NCBI GenBank assembly: GCA_964276515.1
Contig: OZ193909.1
Location: forward strand, 1,922,001-1,986,000
Source: Gordius albopunctatus
Taxonomy: Eukaryota
DNA length: 64,000 nucleotides
Direction: 5' to 3'
Shown here: positions 24,696-39,279 of the stretch, piece by piece
How the letters are laid out: each line of letters begins with the position of its first letter
How positions within the stretch are numbered: position 1 is the stretch's first letter
Notes under the pieces: model-generated
Told to the model about the DNA's origin: nothing
The model's database searches: none
The model's input: only the letters and a program-made list of their open reading frames with translations
Position numbers and translations under genes: made by a program

Positions 24696-26388
24696 CCATA
24701 GACTAATTTATTTTAGTAAGCGCAACCATTTTGAAAAAACGGGTTTCTTATAATTGCCATTACGCACGTTCGGTAATTTGTTTGTTTATGTGTAAAGAAT
24801 AGCCATTTGTAAATCAACATGGATGACAAATTTAAAAAACAAACAAGAGAGTATACCTATATCTTATTTATATTATTTAGATACTCAAGCTGATATTCCT
24901 GAAATAGAGACAGCTTCAAAGAATGCTTTGCCATTTGTTCTTAATTTTAATATATTTAAAAAATGATGTCATATTTGATAATATCAACATTTGTCCATAC
25001 TTTAGAAATAGATATTGAGTTTCCAAACTTAAGCCATTAATATATTAAAATAATTTGATTGCTTATAACTTAATATTTGATAATATTAACATTTGTCCAT
25101 AATTTAGAAATAAATATTGAGTTTCTAGACAATTAGTATTTGATTTTGATTGTTTTTAACTTAATATTTGATACTATCAATATCACTAATAAATTTATAA
25201 AAGACTGTAATAAATAATTTAGTATAAAATGTATCTTTTATTAACCATAAATAATAATATCAAGATTTACATCATTTTAATAAATTTGGTATAACCTTCC
25301 ATTACTATTCTATGATTTCGCTGGATTTGTAAAGACAGAATGCATGTGAGATAATTTGATAAAAATTGATTTAACGATGAATATTTTTTAATGATAGTTT
25401 TTAAAACTCTGTTGTGACTTTCTAGTCTATTGTTTGTATAGTTTAAAAAGTTCAAATTGCATTTTCTAAATCCAAGAGACCATTCTTCTTTAATTGGGTG
25501 CCACTTAGTCTCAAAATATGTTGTAACCTGTCGAAAATTTAAATTGACTAATGATTCATATAATTCCTGGTAATGTGTTGGATTTTTTTGCATACACCAA
25601 TGACCTTAAAACTTTTTTGACCAATTTACATTGAGAACCAGAATCACTGATGGATATTTTTGTTGTAACTTCTCTCTTAAAGATTTGAAAAACGTGAAAT
25701 ATGCAAAGCTCTAATTTAACTTGAGGGAAAGCTTTGACAAAAGCTTGTCGATTTGGTGCTAATTTATCACTTATAATCGTTTTAATTGTTTTTTAAAAAT
25801 TTCACAAAAATGTGAAATTTGTGCATTCTCAGATCTAACCATAAAATAGACACAATCCTATTTATGCCATAATTATCTATTATGGGCATTAGAAATATGG
25901 GGGATAAGTATGATACCAATTTGTATGTAGCATCAATGAATACCACCTATAGAAAACAGTTTTAAGATGACAATTTGAAATATTACCTCTGGAAATTTTG
26001 AAAATATTTCTTGCTGTTCTTTGGTTTGAAAATAAATGCCTGCAAATTCATTATTTTCTAAGTAAATATCTATCACACCTTGGCCATTATCATGCTGGTA
26101 TAATGTAGTAATGGAATTGACAAAATCATTCTTTTCAACATCTTGATTTAGGCTGGACATTAAGTTGTGCAAATCTTTACACAAAATGATTTTTTCACTT
26201 TGTGTTAACAAAGACTGTAGTTTCATGATATTTGCATTAACAGCCAAACCATTTGAAGCCAGCATAATCTCTTCTTCGTTTATTTTCCGTTGCTTTGGCT
26301 TAGGCTTGAAAATTTCTTCACCTTAAAAGATAATATATAGAATAAAAATAATTAGTTACTCAGAATGTGGTTGTGCTCTGAATGAAAC

Positions 26389-29300
26389 TGTAATGATTGT
26401 GTATTTGTATGATATACGTTTTATTATAATACGTTTAAGTTCGATATACCTTGTGTATATATATATATGTTTTTTGTTACATGTGATCTAAATTAGAATA
26501 ATAAAACTTACCATTGAGAGAGACCTAGATATAAGAAAATATCCAATATATTTCATTGGCGCGGTAATGGAAATTGGAACAATACCACCATATAAGGTAG
26601 GAGATAATATCTCTACATATATATTAACTATTACAAATATATTCGATGCTAAAAATGTTACCAAGGACATCAGAAAGAAGATAATACTTGGGTATATGGG
26701 ACAAAAAAATGTGGAATGCCTAATAAACTTTGCTTATCCTAATGATATTACATCTTTGGATTATGAGGAATTAATCAAATTGATGAAGAAGGTATTTGCT
26801 CATAAAAGTACTCTTTTTCATTCTAGGATTCTTTTTATGAGATGCACAAGGAGACCTGATGAAACTCTTACAGAATATGTAACAAGATTAAAATCTGCTT
26901 CAGAAAATTGCAACTTCAAAACAAATTTGGATGAGCGACTGCGCGATCAAATGTTGTGTGGCCTTCAGAACTTATCATTAGAAATTCAAGTAAGAACGCA
27001 ATGGCCTGAAGGTGTAAATAATGTTGGGAATGTGATATCTTTTGATGATATATATAAATTAGCTGAATCTATGGAGATAGCTAATAAGGAATTAAACACA
27101 TCACAAGAGTTAAACAAAATACAAAAGTACAAAACACCAAATTCTAAATACACAGATAAAAGAGTTACAAACAAACAAAATTTCATAGGCAAGTGTTCTA
27201 GGTGTGGTAAGTCACATCCAAGCAATAGATGTGATGCTTATAACAAGGTGTGCTATAAATGTAACAAAAAGAATCATTATGCAAAATTTTGTAAAAGTTC
27301 AAAAGAGGTAAATCATATTATCAATTCTATTGGAATAGGTTATGATGTTAACAAGATTACCCAATTCAAACCTTATATCAATGTTGTCATCAACAATAAA
27401 ACTGTTAAAATGTTATATGACACTGGATCTTGTGTTTCCCTAATAAATAGGAAGATATATAACAGTATTAATAAACCACAATTACATACATGCCAAAAGA
27501 TCAAGGCTTTTGGAAACAACCCTTTGTCAATTTCTGGACAAGTTGAAGTTTGTGTAAAATTGAATAACATGACATTGAAACTTCCAGCTATCGTTACAAA
27601 TGAGGAAGAGGAACCAATATTTGGATTAAATTGGATGCAGGCATTTAATTTTAAACTCCCTATTCAAGTTACAATAAATTCTATTAATTATCAACCGGAA
27701 AATGCATTGATTGAGAAATATGGGGAGATATTTAATGATGCCATGGGTTGTATAAAGAATTATGAGGTATGTATTTTTTTGAAGGAAGAAGCAAAGCCAA
27801 TAGCTTGTCCTGCGCGGAGAGTACCTTTTCCGTTGCGTAAGAAAGTGGAAGATGAACTAAAAAGATTGTTAAATGAAGATGTTATTGAAGAGGTAGACCC
27901 ATCAGTTACAGCAATCCAATGGGCAACGCCTATAGTAAATGGTCAAATGGCTCAATTCGGATATGCGGGGATTTTCGTGTAACGATAAATTCTCACTTAA
28001 CCTTAAACAATTATTTGCTACCAACTTTTGATGACTTAATTATGAAGATTGCAGGCGGAAAAAAAGTATACAGTCATTGATTTGCGTGATGCATACTTAC
28101 AGATGAAGGTCGAGAGTGAATCAAGACATTACCTAACAATAGCAACTCATATGGGTTATTATAGATATAAAAGACTACCATTCGGATTATCAATAGCCCC
28201 GAATTTATTTCAGCGCTACATGGAAAATCTATTGGATGGCATACCTCACGTGGGTGTTCTATTAGACGATATCATCGTAACTGGAGCTACAGAACAGGAA
28301 CATATGAAAAATTTAAATGAGGTATTACAAAGAATCCACCATGCTGGGATAAAAGCAAGAAAGGAGAAGGTAAAATTCTTTCAAACATCAGTAACTTACT
28401 TGGGCCATAAAATTGACGCTTCAGGGATCCATCCAACCGAAGAAAGAGTAGAAGCGATAAAAAATTTCAAAATTCCTGCGAACAAGAAGGAACTTCGTTC
28501 TTTCTTAGGATTGGTGAATTACCAAGAAAAATTTATCCCGCAGCTACATGAAAAGTGCACAATACTACATGCTATCACCGGGTCTCTTGTTCAATGGCGC
28601 TGGACAAATAAAGAACAAAAGATATTTGACGAGGTGAAAAGTCTTTTATCAGCTACAGATACACTAGTGCCATATTCGTTGGACTTGCCATTAGTCTTAT
28701 CAGTAGATGCATCTGAATCGGGTTTAGGGGCCATACTAACACATGTATTTCTAGACGGTACGGAAAAACCTATAGCCTACGCTTCACGCACGTTAAGCGA
28801 ATCCGAAAAGCGTTACTCAACGATTGATCGGGAAGCTAGAGCGATCGTCTATGGTGTCGAGAAATTTAATCAATATTTACGGGGACGGAAATTCACGTTA
28901 ATGACGGATCATAAGCCCTTAGAGCGATTGTTTGGAAATAATCGCGATTTACCTAAAGTGGTCAATAACAGATTAGTTCGATGGGCATTATTTTTAAATA
29001 CGTATCAATATGAAATTAGATACAGATCGGGTAAATCAAACCAATGCGCAGATGCCTTATCAAGACTCCCAAATCCTACAAATAATGACACCAAACACAT
29101 AAATAACATAAGTCTATTAATGTTGGATGATTTGAAACTAGATCACAACACATTAAGAAACTCGATCAAACATGATTCGTTTTGCTGCGAATTAATTTCG
29201 TCAATTAAACGGGAATGGCGACTCGATTTAAAAAAATGTCGATTTGATTTACGACATTATTATAATCGTAGAGATGAATTATCATTCGAGGACGGATTAT

Positions 29301-30569
29301 TATGTTGTGGAAATCGTTTGATTATACCGAATAAACTCCGAAGGCTTGTTTTAAAGATATTACATCAAGGGCATCCAGGGATTTCGGGAATGTTAAGTTT
29401 GGCAAGATATTATGTTTGGTGGCCTGGGTTGGCCAAAGATATTGAATATTTTGTAAAAGGGTGTGACGGCTGCCAAGAAGTACGACCAGCCGAGACAGAA
29501 GTACCTCTATATTCGTGGTCCTTACCAGAACGAAATTGGGACAGAGTGCATATTGATATAGCAGGACCAATAGAAGGAAATTACTGGCTAGTATTGGTTG
29601 ATGCCTTATCAAAATGGGTAGAAGTCGCCACGTTGACATCTATTAAAGGACCACAAATCATTCGCCAGTTACGGTATTGGTTTTGTAGGTTTGGTATCCC
29701 ATCACAAATTGTATCCGATAATGGACCTCAATTTGTTGGTGGTGAATTCGCTAAATTTTGCTCAAACAATAACATTAAGCATATATTCTCTTCACCTTAT
29801 CACCCGAAAACAAATGGATTAGCAGAACGAACAATTCGGACATTAAAATCTAGATATTATGCTGCAAGGAAAGAAGTTAGGGATAAGGAAATCTGTCTAC
29901 TACAAATACTACTGACCTATCGAAATACGCCTCATAATACTACAGGTAAAGCCCCATCAGAAATTCTAATGGGAAAAAGATTAAGGACGGCGATAGATTT
30001 AATTCGATTTGATCCTAGGGATAAATGGAGAGAAAGAGTGGCAAAGCAAAAATTTTATCATGATCGTAAAATTAAAATTCGGGAATTCAGGTCGGGCGAT
30101 CTTGTATGGATTAAAAATGAAATAAAAACCGGTTGGTATAAAGGCGTAATTGTTGAACGAAAAGGGGAACATTCTTATAGTGTACGAACTGATAATGGTT
30201 TCCGTAGAAAACACGCGGATCAATTAAGATCTAGATATAGGTCTGGAGTTATACCAACGACAGAGAATAGAACCGATGTTAGTAACATACCGAATATGCA
30301 ACCGGAGGTTCAATTAGAAGCTACTACTTTAAGAAGGTCAAATAGAAGACCGATACCGCCTTTACGGTATCACGATGAGTACGATCTTTAAGATAAGGGG
30401 AAATGTAATGATTGTGTATTTGTATGATATACGTTTTATTATAATACGTTTAAGTTCGATATACCTTGTGTATATATATATATGTTTTTGTTACATGTGA
30501 TCTAAATTAGAATAATAAAACTTACCATTGAGAGAGACCTAGATATAAGTTAATATCTAATATATTTCA
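26389..30569 (+). mobile_element. Full-length Ty3/Gypsy LTR retrotransposon (family 1)
   Basis: TG...CA LTRs at 26389-26555 and 30404-30569, nearly identical; 5-bp TSD GAAAC at 26384-26388 and 30570-30574; PBS TGGCGCGG; PPT AGATAAGGGGAAA. Confidence 0.97.
26567..30391 (+). pseudogene. Gypsy gag-pro-pol with one frameshift near 27940
   Basis: ORF 26567-27982 has zinc knuckles (CYKCNKKNHYAKFC) and protease YDTGS. ORF ending at 30391 has RT LLDD, RNase H DAS/TDH and integrase HHCC/DDE. The RT motif SNGSIRICGDF lies in the second frame. Confidence 0.92.
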
Positions 30570-31156
30570 GAAACTTTTTCAGGACAAACGAATACTTGTC
30601 TCCAGTTTGAACAAGACTAAAAGCCATAAAGCTTTGGCAATGCTCTTTCTTCGTAGAAGTCTGGCGAATCCCTGTGGATTTACTTCTAAACTTCTTCCCC
30701 CCTTTAACACAGCAGTATTTGATTGATTTATATTTAAATTTTGTTCTTATATCTTCAGCAACATCCTTGTCTAATGACAAGGATGTGGAGGTATAATAAT
30801 TAATAAATTTTTTTTTCATATTCCACCTTAGCCTTGAGTAAATCAGACAGTGATTCAAAATAATGTCCAAAAGTTTCTTTCTATAACGATATAATACTTT
30901 TAAAAAAATTCTACTTACCATCTTTATACAATTCAATGACCCTAGGCGAATAAAATAAAATAATTGCGCCGTTTAATTGTAAACAAAGACATCATAATAC
31001 CGATCATTTGTTGATCGGAAAATGATAATTATAAGAAACGCGTTTTTTCAAAATGGTTGCGCTTACTAAAATAAATGGTAGATGTAGCCATGGCCATAAA
31101 ACCATAGACTGCCGAACAGCTGATTTTTATTATTTAAAATCATTCAGACACCAATG

Positions 31157-32172
31157 GAGAAAGCTTATATGACACGGTCCCCCGCGACTTAATATGGTGG
31201 TGCCTGAGGAAACAAAATATCCCTGACGCATATATTCGGCTTATGAAAAATATTTATGAAGCTTCAAACTCTTGCGTTAGGACGACAGTTGGAGACTCTA
31301 AACCTTTTCGGGTTAATATTGGATTACATAAAGGCTCTGCTTTAAGTCCCTTTTTATTTAATATAATTATAGACACGATAACGAGGGACGTTCAAAAGCC
31401 TTCGCCATGGTGTATGCTATATGCCGATGATATAGTACTATGCGAGGAAACAAGGAAGAAAGTATTCGAAGAAGCCGAAAAATGGTCAAAGCGCTTAGCT
31501 GGATATGGTTTAAAGGTCAACGATAGATAAACGGTATACATGGAAATGAACGCTACAGGCACCCCATCGCTGGATGACCATCTAAAGTTCCCAAAAGTAG
31601 ACAGGTTCACATACCTCGGCTCGATGCTACATCAAGAGGGAGGTTGCACAACAGAAGTAAATGCCCGGATCCAAAAAGGATGGCTTAAATGGCGAAGTAT
31701 ATCCGGTGTAATGTGTGACAAGAAAATGTCAATATGGTTGAAGAGCAAAGCTTACAAATTTATTGTAAGACCGGTGTTACTCTATGGAAGTGAAACATGG
31801 GCATTAAACACCACGGAATTAAAGCTATTACAAGCCACAGAGATGAGAATGATACGATGGAGCTTGGGGTATACTAAGCTCGACCATATGACGAATGACT
31901 TTCTCGTGACAAAAATGGGTATTCAATCTATGGCCGACATGATTAACAAAAATCGGCTAAGGTGGTATGGGCATATACTAAGGAGGGATACTGAGGACGT
32001 AAATCAAAAAGTACTGGACATGGAGGTACCGGAGAAGAGAGGAAGAGGACGACCCCGTGTCACGTGGAAAGGGCAAGTCGATAAAGTTATGGAAACTAAA
32101 GAGATTACTCAAGACATGGCACTCACCCGGTCAAGATGGAATAAACTTATCAAAACAAACCCCACCAATGTG
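31157..32172 (+). mobile_element. 5'-truncated RTE LINE (second family), lacking its GAA tail
   Basis: RT motifs GLHKGSALSP, YADD, LLYGSETW, RLRWYGH. Close paralog of 44624-45567. Confidence 0.9.
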
Positions 32173-32897
32173 GTTGAAGACTTATCCGCGCAGCGTGACT
32201 GGCAACCTCACAGCCGCCTTTAACCCCAAATCCTAATTGATGAGGAATTAACTTGTCGCTTAAACTGGATTTGATTGTCTTACAAATGAGTTTTCAAATA
32301 ATACGTCGGAAAACACTGCCAATAGCAGTGGATCTTACCGAATTATCAGGTTCTTTGATAGCGATGAGTTTAGCGCCGAACAATATAGGGATTATTTAGG
32401 TAGGAATATTACCGTTGACAATTAAATTGTTGCCTATTTAAATTGAAACCTAGCACCTATGGCTACCATATTTCTACGCACTATTAATTTCACGTTCAAA
32501 ATTTTAGATATAGAATTATTGTATGAATTTATCTTTAAGTTTGGTTAAGATTTTAGTATTTTGCATATGACGAATCTTGGTGAAAGGAGTTGGAACAAAA
32601 GTTGTAGATCATTTTTAATTATTTCTTATTCAAATTGATTCTAAGCTTTAAAGTTAGTCTTATTTAATTAGGATTAGGTTTAAGTTTTTAAATTAGGGTC
32701 TAAATTAAGCGACAGAGGTTTATCAAAGATTTATGTTTAGCATATGACGACCTTGCAATAACTACGTTTAGCGACGAATTGAAAAATATCTTTTTATTAT
32801 ACAACATATTGTTTCTATGTTCTGTTTGCCAATAATTATTTATGATGGATTGGGACAATTTTAAATTTCAGGATTATTAAAATGACGAAATTTATGG

Positions 32898-35800
32898 ACC
32901 ACTTTAGCCGATTTTCGTTAATCATGTCCGCCATAGGTTGAATACCCATTTTTGTCATGAGAAAGTCATTCGTCATATGGTCGAGCTTAGTATACCCCAA
33001 GCTCCACCGTATCATTTTCATCTCCGTGGCTTGTAATAACTTTCCTTCCGTGGTGTTTAATGCCCATGTTTCACTTACATAGAGTAACACCGGTCTTACG
33101 ATGGATTTGTAAGCTTTGCTCTTCAACCATATTGGCATTTTCTTGTAGCACATTACACCGGATATACTTCGCCATTTAAGCCATCCTTTTTGAATCCGCC
33201 GGGCATTGATTTCAGTTGCGCAACCTCGCTCTTGATGTAACATAGAGCCGAGGTAATTAAACCTGTCTACTTTTGGGTATTTTAGGTGGTCATCCAGCGA
33301 TGGGGTGCTTGTACCGTTCATTTCCATGTATATCGTTTTTCGATCGTTGACCTTTAAACCATATCCAGCTAAGCGCTTTGACCACTTTTCTGCTTCTTCG
33401 AATACCTTCTCCCTTGTTTCCTCGCATAGTACTATATCATCGGCATATAGCATACACCATGGCGATGGCTTTTGAATCCCTCGTTATCGTGTCCATAATT
33501 ATATTTAATAAAAAGGGACGTAAAGCAGAGCCTTGATGTAATCCAATATTAACCCGAAAAGGTCTAGAGTCTCCAACTGTCGTCCTAACGCAAGAGTTTG
33601 AGGGCTATTGCTTGTAAAAAAGTCAACTATACTTCGTATAAATCTAGGACATTTGATATGCTATTTATACGCGAGATAGGGGGGAAGGGTCGAGTCGAGA
33701 ATGCCTATGAGGGGAAGGGGGCATTGCTCAGACAGGGAGTAGTGTTGTGACAGGCGCGCTAGATAGCGCGCCTTAGGGTGTGCTGAGGGGGTATTGTAGT
33801 CTTAAGAAAAAGAGCCACACCCATACTGCTAGTCTCCTTTTCTGGTCAAGACATTCAGTGTGGGTGTGTTGAATACCGACCAATCTGTCGTTGCCTCGTG
33901 CTTCGGTTCCTTTGGCAAACAGGCAATGGGATATTTTAAAGAAATCGGAAAACGCACTCCGAAATTAAATTTCCTGCGTCCTTTTTACTCAGACAACAAC
34001 TAGGGATATTTGTTGCACAACACAACTTTAAATCCTTTGCCGACTCATGGCCCATTTTAGAAGAGAATGATATAGATCTTTGTATTTAACCAATATGTCC
34101 TTATTTCTGTATTTCGCTTATTTATGTAACTTTGTTTCGCGAAAATAAACTTTTTAACAAAAAAAAATACCGACCACTAGCTAGTTTATTATTTTTTAAT
34201 AGAGACCCGATAGACCATTAGATATATGCTAAGGGGGTGTTATTAGCTAGTTATTGTCATCATCAACACGATGTGTTCCCTCCCCCCAATGCCTTATTTG
34301 TTTCATTAATGTTATGGTTAATGTAATGGCATATTTTCTACAATTAGGACCATGGGGCAGGGAATTAGTAAAAAAGGGACATTACACCAGGCAAGCACGT
34401 CTTACGATGGACCTTATTTCTTAGTCTCTTTCTTCCTATTAAGGCGCGTCTGTAAAATGGCGCGCCCCATAACATCACTAACAGGGAGTCAGAATATAAG
34501 CATATCCTTTATGATAATTTCTTGAAGGATAAAGTGATGAGTTTATTAAATGATTATATACATTTTAGTAAAATAATGCTATAAACAACCAAGACAAGTT
34601 GCCCAAAGAAATTCATTGAATATTTATACTTCTCTAAAACTCAAAACACTTGTAAATAAAAAAATAAAAGTAAGACATAAAAATACATAGAATTATTTAC
34701 TTGTGAGGAAAGAAATTAAATTAATGCAGAAAATTCTAAGCAATGAAGCTTAAATTTGATTTTTTTTTATATTAGGAAAATATGCACAACATGTCTTAAA
34801 GATGAGAAAATATTCAGAGATTTTGAATATTTATTGAAGATAACTTATTAAAACCTCAAAGAAACCAAACGCTTATCATCCAACGAGAAAATCTTTTACA
34901 ATTATTATTTGAATTTATTAAAATGTAAAAATGACTATTTTCTAAAAATTGAATACGAGAGATAATTTAACTGATTTAATATAAAATTATGTATGTTTAC
35001 ATTAATTTTATGATAAGCCAAACATTTACTGATGTCATCAGCAAAATTTCTTACTCTAGAAGGTGCACACAAGACTTTAGCGGCACTAACCCCTGTAAAT
35101 AAAATACAAAATTATGCAAGTGTAAGATTGATACACTAATTACTAAATAGGGGTAAAATATAAGGCCAACCACATTTATTAATACTGAAAGTAAAAAATT
35201 ACAAGAGAATAATTCTATAAGAATTAACGTGTATATATACACCATTTAAGGTGCGATTAATATGCATAATGTATGAATATTTTCATATATTCAAATTGAT
35301 ATAATGTATTTTCGTTATGTAACTACGTGGGTGAATAAAAACTTACGTAAATTTGTGTATTCAAATTATAACGATTTGAGAGGCGCCATATAAATCCCCC
35401 CTAATTGCATGGAGTGCTAATAAAAAAAGGTACTCAGTTAATTTAGCTGGCCAGTGCACTGTGCGTCCTGATTTGGTGGTTTTGTAATTTGAGTCAGTGT
35501 TGTTTTATAGAAGAAGTTGAGGGTAGTTGGAAGGTTGAGGTCTTATGTTTGGGCCTTTTGTTGATAATTTTTCCAAGTTCACAGATTCGACATAAGCTGA
35601 CTTTAGGCGGTCGATCGATATTTTATCCCTTTTACCTTTTTTGTCTATCAGAAAATACTTAGTATGCCTCTCTAATACTTTAAACGGTCCCTCGTAAGGT
35701 GGAGACAAGCTTTTGCGTACTTTATCTGTCCTTATAAAAACGTACGTGGTGGAAAAAAAAATCGGTAGGGATCTGTTGTTTGATGTTTGCTGAACGCGGT

Positions 35801-37767
35801 GGTGTAAAACGGACACTGTCGAAGTGGCGATGAAGTCGTTGAACGAAATCTGTTGTATTGGTGTCGATTGACGATGGCTCTATGTAATCGCCGGGCAGTC
35901 GTAAGGGTGTGCCGTATACGAGTTCGGAGCTTGAACATGCTAGATCTTCCTTCACTGTGGCTCTAATACCAAGTAGTATCAACGGAAGCGTCTCTGACCA
36001 TTTGTTGACCTTGTGTTTTGCCATGATAGAACTCCTCAACTGACGATGAAAACGCTCTACCAGCCCATTGGCTTGCGGGTGGTATGCGGTTGTGGTTATC
36101 TGGTGATAACCGAGTAGTTGAGAAAATTCTCTGAAAAGGTTGTATTGAAACTGGGGTCCACGGTCAGTTTTTATGGTAGTTGGTGCACCAAAGTTTGCTA
36201 TCCAATTTTGCAAGAAGGTATTAGCAACTGTCTCGGCTGTTGTATCTTTATGGGAAACGCAATTGGCCATCTTGTAAAACGATCTATTGCGGTAAAAATG
36301 TAATTATAGCCATTGTCTGGTGGTAGCGGACCAACGATGTCTAGGTGGACATAGGTAAATCGGGCGTCCGGTTTGGTGAATGTACCTGGTGTGGATATAA
36401 TATGTTTATGTACCTTGCTAACCTGACAATTATAGCATTGCCGTGCCCATAATCGGACGTCATGATTCATTTTCGGCCAAACAAAGCGTTTGGAGATAAG
36501 ACTAAGGGTTGAGCGGGTACCAGGATGTGATAATCCATGATATTGATTGAAGACGGTTTGCCGTAAGGAAAGAGGTACCAGGGGTCTTGGCGTTTTTGGG
36601 AAATATCAGAAGTTATATTTAGTTATAAACCTGGTACAGGGAGTTGCTCCAGTCTTAAAGATTTAATGTCGTCCTTTGTATAACGTTCAACCTCCTGTCT
36701 TGTTGCTATAAGTTCCAACAATGATTTTGAGGTATGGACTTGGACTGTGTCGATGTCTGTGCGAGACAGGGTATCAGCCACACTGTTCGTACTACCCCGG
36801 ATGTATCGAATGTCCGACGTGAACTGTGAAATGTAGTCCAATTGGCGGATTTCTCGGGGTGAGTATTTGTCCATCTTTGCCTTGAGTGCATAAGTCAAAG
36901 GCTTGTGGTCTGTGTATACAGTGAAGTTGTGTCCTTCGAGGACATGCCTATATTGTTTTATAATGAGATAAATGGCCAAATGTTCTCGGCTAAAGGTGCT
37001 GTAACGTGTCTGAGTATCTGACAGTTTTTTGGAGAAGAACGCAAGTGGTAGGATGTCCTCATTTGATTTTTGTTGTAACACTCCTCCGACCGCATAATTA
37101 GAAGCATCAGTCGTAATGGACAGCGTGCTACATTCGTCTAAATGAGAAAGGCTGGTTATTTGCTTGAGAGCTTGTTTTGACCGACGGAAAGATTCTACGG
37201 CTTCAGGGGTTAAAATGATAGGTCTCTTTGAATCGTCTAGTAGGTCGGTTAGGGGTTTAAGAATTTCTGCGCACATAGGAATGAAACGACGATAGAAATT
37301 TATCATTCCTATAAAACGTCCAAGTTTTGTCATTGTGGTGGGAATTGGGAATTTTTCAATTGCGTCAATTTTTTCAGGTATCGGTTTAAGACCTTTGGAC
37401 GTTACTGTATGCCCTAAAAAATCAACTTCCTTGACTCCCCACTGACATTTCTCTATATTGACGCTAATACCATTTTCGAAAAGTCTTTTAATAACTTGTT
37501 CGACGTGTACCTTATGTTCTTGAAGATAGGAACTGGCTATTAGAATATCATCTAAATAGACGAAAGTGTTATCTAGCCCTTTAAGGACTTGGTCTATGAA
37601 TCTTTGGAAAGTTTGCGCCGCATTTCTTAAACCAAAAGGCATGCGTATGAATTCAAATAGACCGAAAGGTGTTGTAATTGCCGTTTTTGGGATGTCTCCC
37701 GGTGTCATCGGAATTTGGTGATAGGCACGTACTAAATCTAGTTTAGTAAATATATTCTTGCCCGCTA
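32898..37767 (-). repeat. Left arm of a ~4.87-kb inverted segmental duplication
   Basis: Reverse complement of 40463-45330. Contains an RTE fragment (32898-33602), non-coding DNA, and the 3' LTR, integrase and RT of Gypsy family 2. Confidence 0.97.
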
Positions 37768-39268
37768 AAGACAGAGAGAAGTCTTGTAGATGTGGAAGAG
37801 GATAATGATCGTGTATTGTATTAATATTGAGTGCCCGATAATCTCCACACGGTCTCCAGTCTTGTTTGTTTTTCTTTGGGGCCATATGTAACGGTGAAGC
37901 CCAGCAGCTCTTTGACCTTCTGATGATGCCTAAATCCATCATATGCATGAATTCGTCCTTGGCAATCTTCAGTTTTTCTGTATTCAAGCGTCTGGGTTTC
38001 GCAAATACGGGTGGACCTTTGGTTTCTATGTGGTGGTGGGTATCGTGCTTTATAGCCGGGTTATAGATAGTAGGTTTGAATTGGTCTTTCTTTTGCGCAG
38101 GTATAACACTTAACTCCGCCCCAGTATCGTCCAAAAAGTGTAGATATGATGTTTTGTCGTATATAAAAAATAAGCGACTTGGTTTGATAAGGCCGGTGCC
38201 AGTTGTCGCTTGCCCTGGGCGGCCTGCTATTTTGGGTCTTTGGGTATAAAAGCACACGGTGCAATACATTTGGTTGCTTTTTCGCCATATTTACTGTGAT
38301 ACCAGCAAAAACTAGATCCGGTTGAGGAACTAGGTGTGCGTGTTGATCGTGACTGAGATCGGTATCTGGAAGCTGATCGGATTTTGTTAATGTCTTTTTT
38401 TAATCCTTCCACTGAGACACTCAGTTCTCTTACTAGTTCTTTCAATTCAACTATTTCACAATCTACATTTTGTTTGGCAGAGTTGATAACCGGACTTACA
38501 TGGTAAGTTGCAGCAATCTTATCGGCTGTTTCTGCTAATTTCGTCGATGATTGATCTGCGGCAAATATTGCTAATATTCCAGTCATTGACGATGGTAATT
38601 TATCCATCCGTAATTGTTTAAGGATGGTATCGTCCGTAGAGTGTTTCCCTAATAAATTTCTCATGTGGCGCATCAGTTGTGATGGAGAGCGATCTCCCAG
38701 CTCCACATTTGTCAGTAAATAATGGAGGCGTTGGGAGTCCGTTTGTGAAGTTCGCTCTATAATGGCATCTTTGAGTTTTGAGAAGGGAGTGTCAGTTGGA
38801 ATATTTTCCAGTAAATCTTGAATTTCTGTAGTTACCTCATAGGGAAGTGCTTCGATTAGATAACCTAGTTTCGTAAATTCATTTCTGATTTTACGAATTT
38901 TAAAAAGTGATTCAATTTGCAAGAACCAAATTCTAGGGTTTGTAAGGTTAAAAACCGGGAGTTTAAAGTAAAGGGTATTCTCCGTCGGATCTTCTTCGAT
39001 CTTAGGTTCCATATAGGTTGCGTTATAGTTTGTTGGGTCACCAGAAATGTAGCGGCACTAACCCCTGTAAATAAAATACAAAATTATTCAAGTGTAAGAT
39101 TGATACACTAATTACTAAATAGGGGTAAAAACAAGGGTAAAATATAAGGCCAACCACATTTATTAATACTGAAATTAAAAAATTACAAGAGAATAATTCT
39201 ATATGAATTAACGTGTATATATACGGCATTTAAGGGGAGATTAATATGCGTAATGTATAAATATTTTC
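35076..39268 (-). mobile_element. Ty3/Gypsy LTR retrotransposon (family 2), defective
   Basis: Gag 39012-38227 ([20 protein letters not shown]), protease DTGA, RT YLDD, RNase H, frameshifted integrase. 3' LTR 35390-35076, truncated 5' LTR 39268-39048, PBS TGGTGACCC, PPT AGGGGGGA. Confidence 0.93.
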
Positions 39269-39279
39269 TCACCTTAGGG

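Larger units (their letters stand above)
24705..31101 (-). mobile_element. MULE (Mutator-like) DNA transposon with a decayed, intron-containing transposase, split by a Gypsy insertion
   Basis: ~50-bp TIRs ATTTATTTTAGTAAGCGCAACCATTTTGAAAAAACG at 24706 and ending at 31076. FAR1-like finger (YCC...C...EHNH, rejoined across the Gypsy). Catalytic motifs FIDATYK, IISD, CIFH, TNNRLESHN. CCATAGACT at 24696-24704 and 31102-31110 is a candidate 9-bp TSD; exact ends are uncertain. Confidence 0.85.

Noticed and set aside
23921..31152. Outer element bounded by GGTGTC...GACACC with AAT flanks
   Set aside because: Only ~8 of 9 bp inverted match and a 3-bp flank; chance cannot be excluded.
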